Positions 63,323 to 64,000 of a stretch of 64,000 nt of DNA are shown here, one piece after another. This DNA is from Lingula anatina. Lineage: Eukaryota; Animalia; Brachiopoda. A model generated the notes under the pieces. The model was not told the origin of the DNA. It did not search any database and worked only from the letters and a program-made list of their open reading frames with translations. The stretch covers positions 36,276,401 through 36,340,400 of the forward strand of contig CM120641.1 in the NCBI GenBank assembly GCA_051362555.1, given 5' to 3'. Numbering within the stretch: position 1 is the stretch's first letter; each line of letters begins with the position of its first letter. A program made the translations under genes and the position numbers.

Positions 63323-64000
63323 TTGTTTTTGCGGTGGGAGACGAGTGGATGGAGGAAAAGGCGACTGGCGATTAGCATTTATGTTCAGGATCTCAAAACA
63401 AAATTGGACATTTAAAATTGTTTTATTGATATTTCCCCACATCTTAACAATTTTGTTAGTTGATCATATAAAAATGAAAGTAAATGGGTTATTTTGTGTT
63501 CCAAATGGCACCGTTCGCCCTCCAAAACACGCGGTGCTGCTCTATTGACAGAGGCTTCCTCACAGGCCATCTTGCATAGCATAGTCGGGGCACTGGTTTT
63601 GTTTAATTGACTGAAGTTTTCCTTATGAAATATATCAGTACGGTGCATGCATGTTTTTCTTCTTTTCAATTCGGTTAAAATACACAATCTGCTAAGCTAC
63701 CGAATGCAGCAGAGAAGATCATTTCTGTTCCCCTCCAGATGGAGCTATAGGACGGGTTGGTTTGTCAAACCTGGCAAAAACTGCTCAGATTGCAGCATGC
63801 AGTAGACCATATAAGGATAGCCAGTGACCTGCATAATGTCATTTTGTCATTACTTTAGGGTGTGTAAGGGTCTGACGCTTAATTTAATTGATTTAATCTA
63901 GTGTATTTTGAAATATGCGAGAAACAAAATCTTCCTGTGCATAACAATTTTAGTACATTGTTTATCAAATTTTGCCCGTCAAATTATGGTAATTGATAAA

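Noticed and set aside
89-63687. Numerous 60-140 aa minus-strand and intronic ORFs in the supplied track (possible nested or antisense genes)
   Set aside because: They have low-complexity F/L/I/K-rich composition typical of AT-rich non-coding DNA, or are antisense shadows of real exons. I found no coherent spliced minus-strand gene.

Overview
AT-rich, intron-rich animal genomic DNA, probably an invertebrate bilaterian (mollusc/lophotrochozoan-like is an inference), so most short ORFs in the track are spurious. Two + strand genes were reconstructed by hand from GT-AG junctions with consistent phases. (1) The last six coding exons (233-8982) of an STPG2-like sperm-tail PG-rich repeat gene; its 5' part is outside the window. 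(2) A complete UNC5 netrin receptor gene (15902-61597; about 988 aa, about 1004 aa with one candidate cassette) with signal peptide, Ig1, Ig2, TSP1 x2, TM, ZU5, UPA and death domain. Most notable: a second signal-peptide first exon (33360-33441) with its own PBX/PREP-decamer + CCAAT promoter deep in the 17.9-kb first intron; an in-frame uORF ending exactly 21 nt before the start codon in both first exons; a candidate 48-nt cassette exon between the TSP1 repeats with downstream Rbfox/QKI motifs; a 36-nt stalk microexon positioned like vertebrate UNC5B exon 8; a 57-nt exon with a recursive-splicing (AG|GTGAG) signature; and STPG2->UNC5 tandem order matching human STPG2-UNC5C. A 529-bp TIR element and some small repeats are also present. 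No prokaryotic-type system, CRISPR array, tRNA or rRNA was seen.
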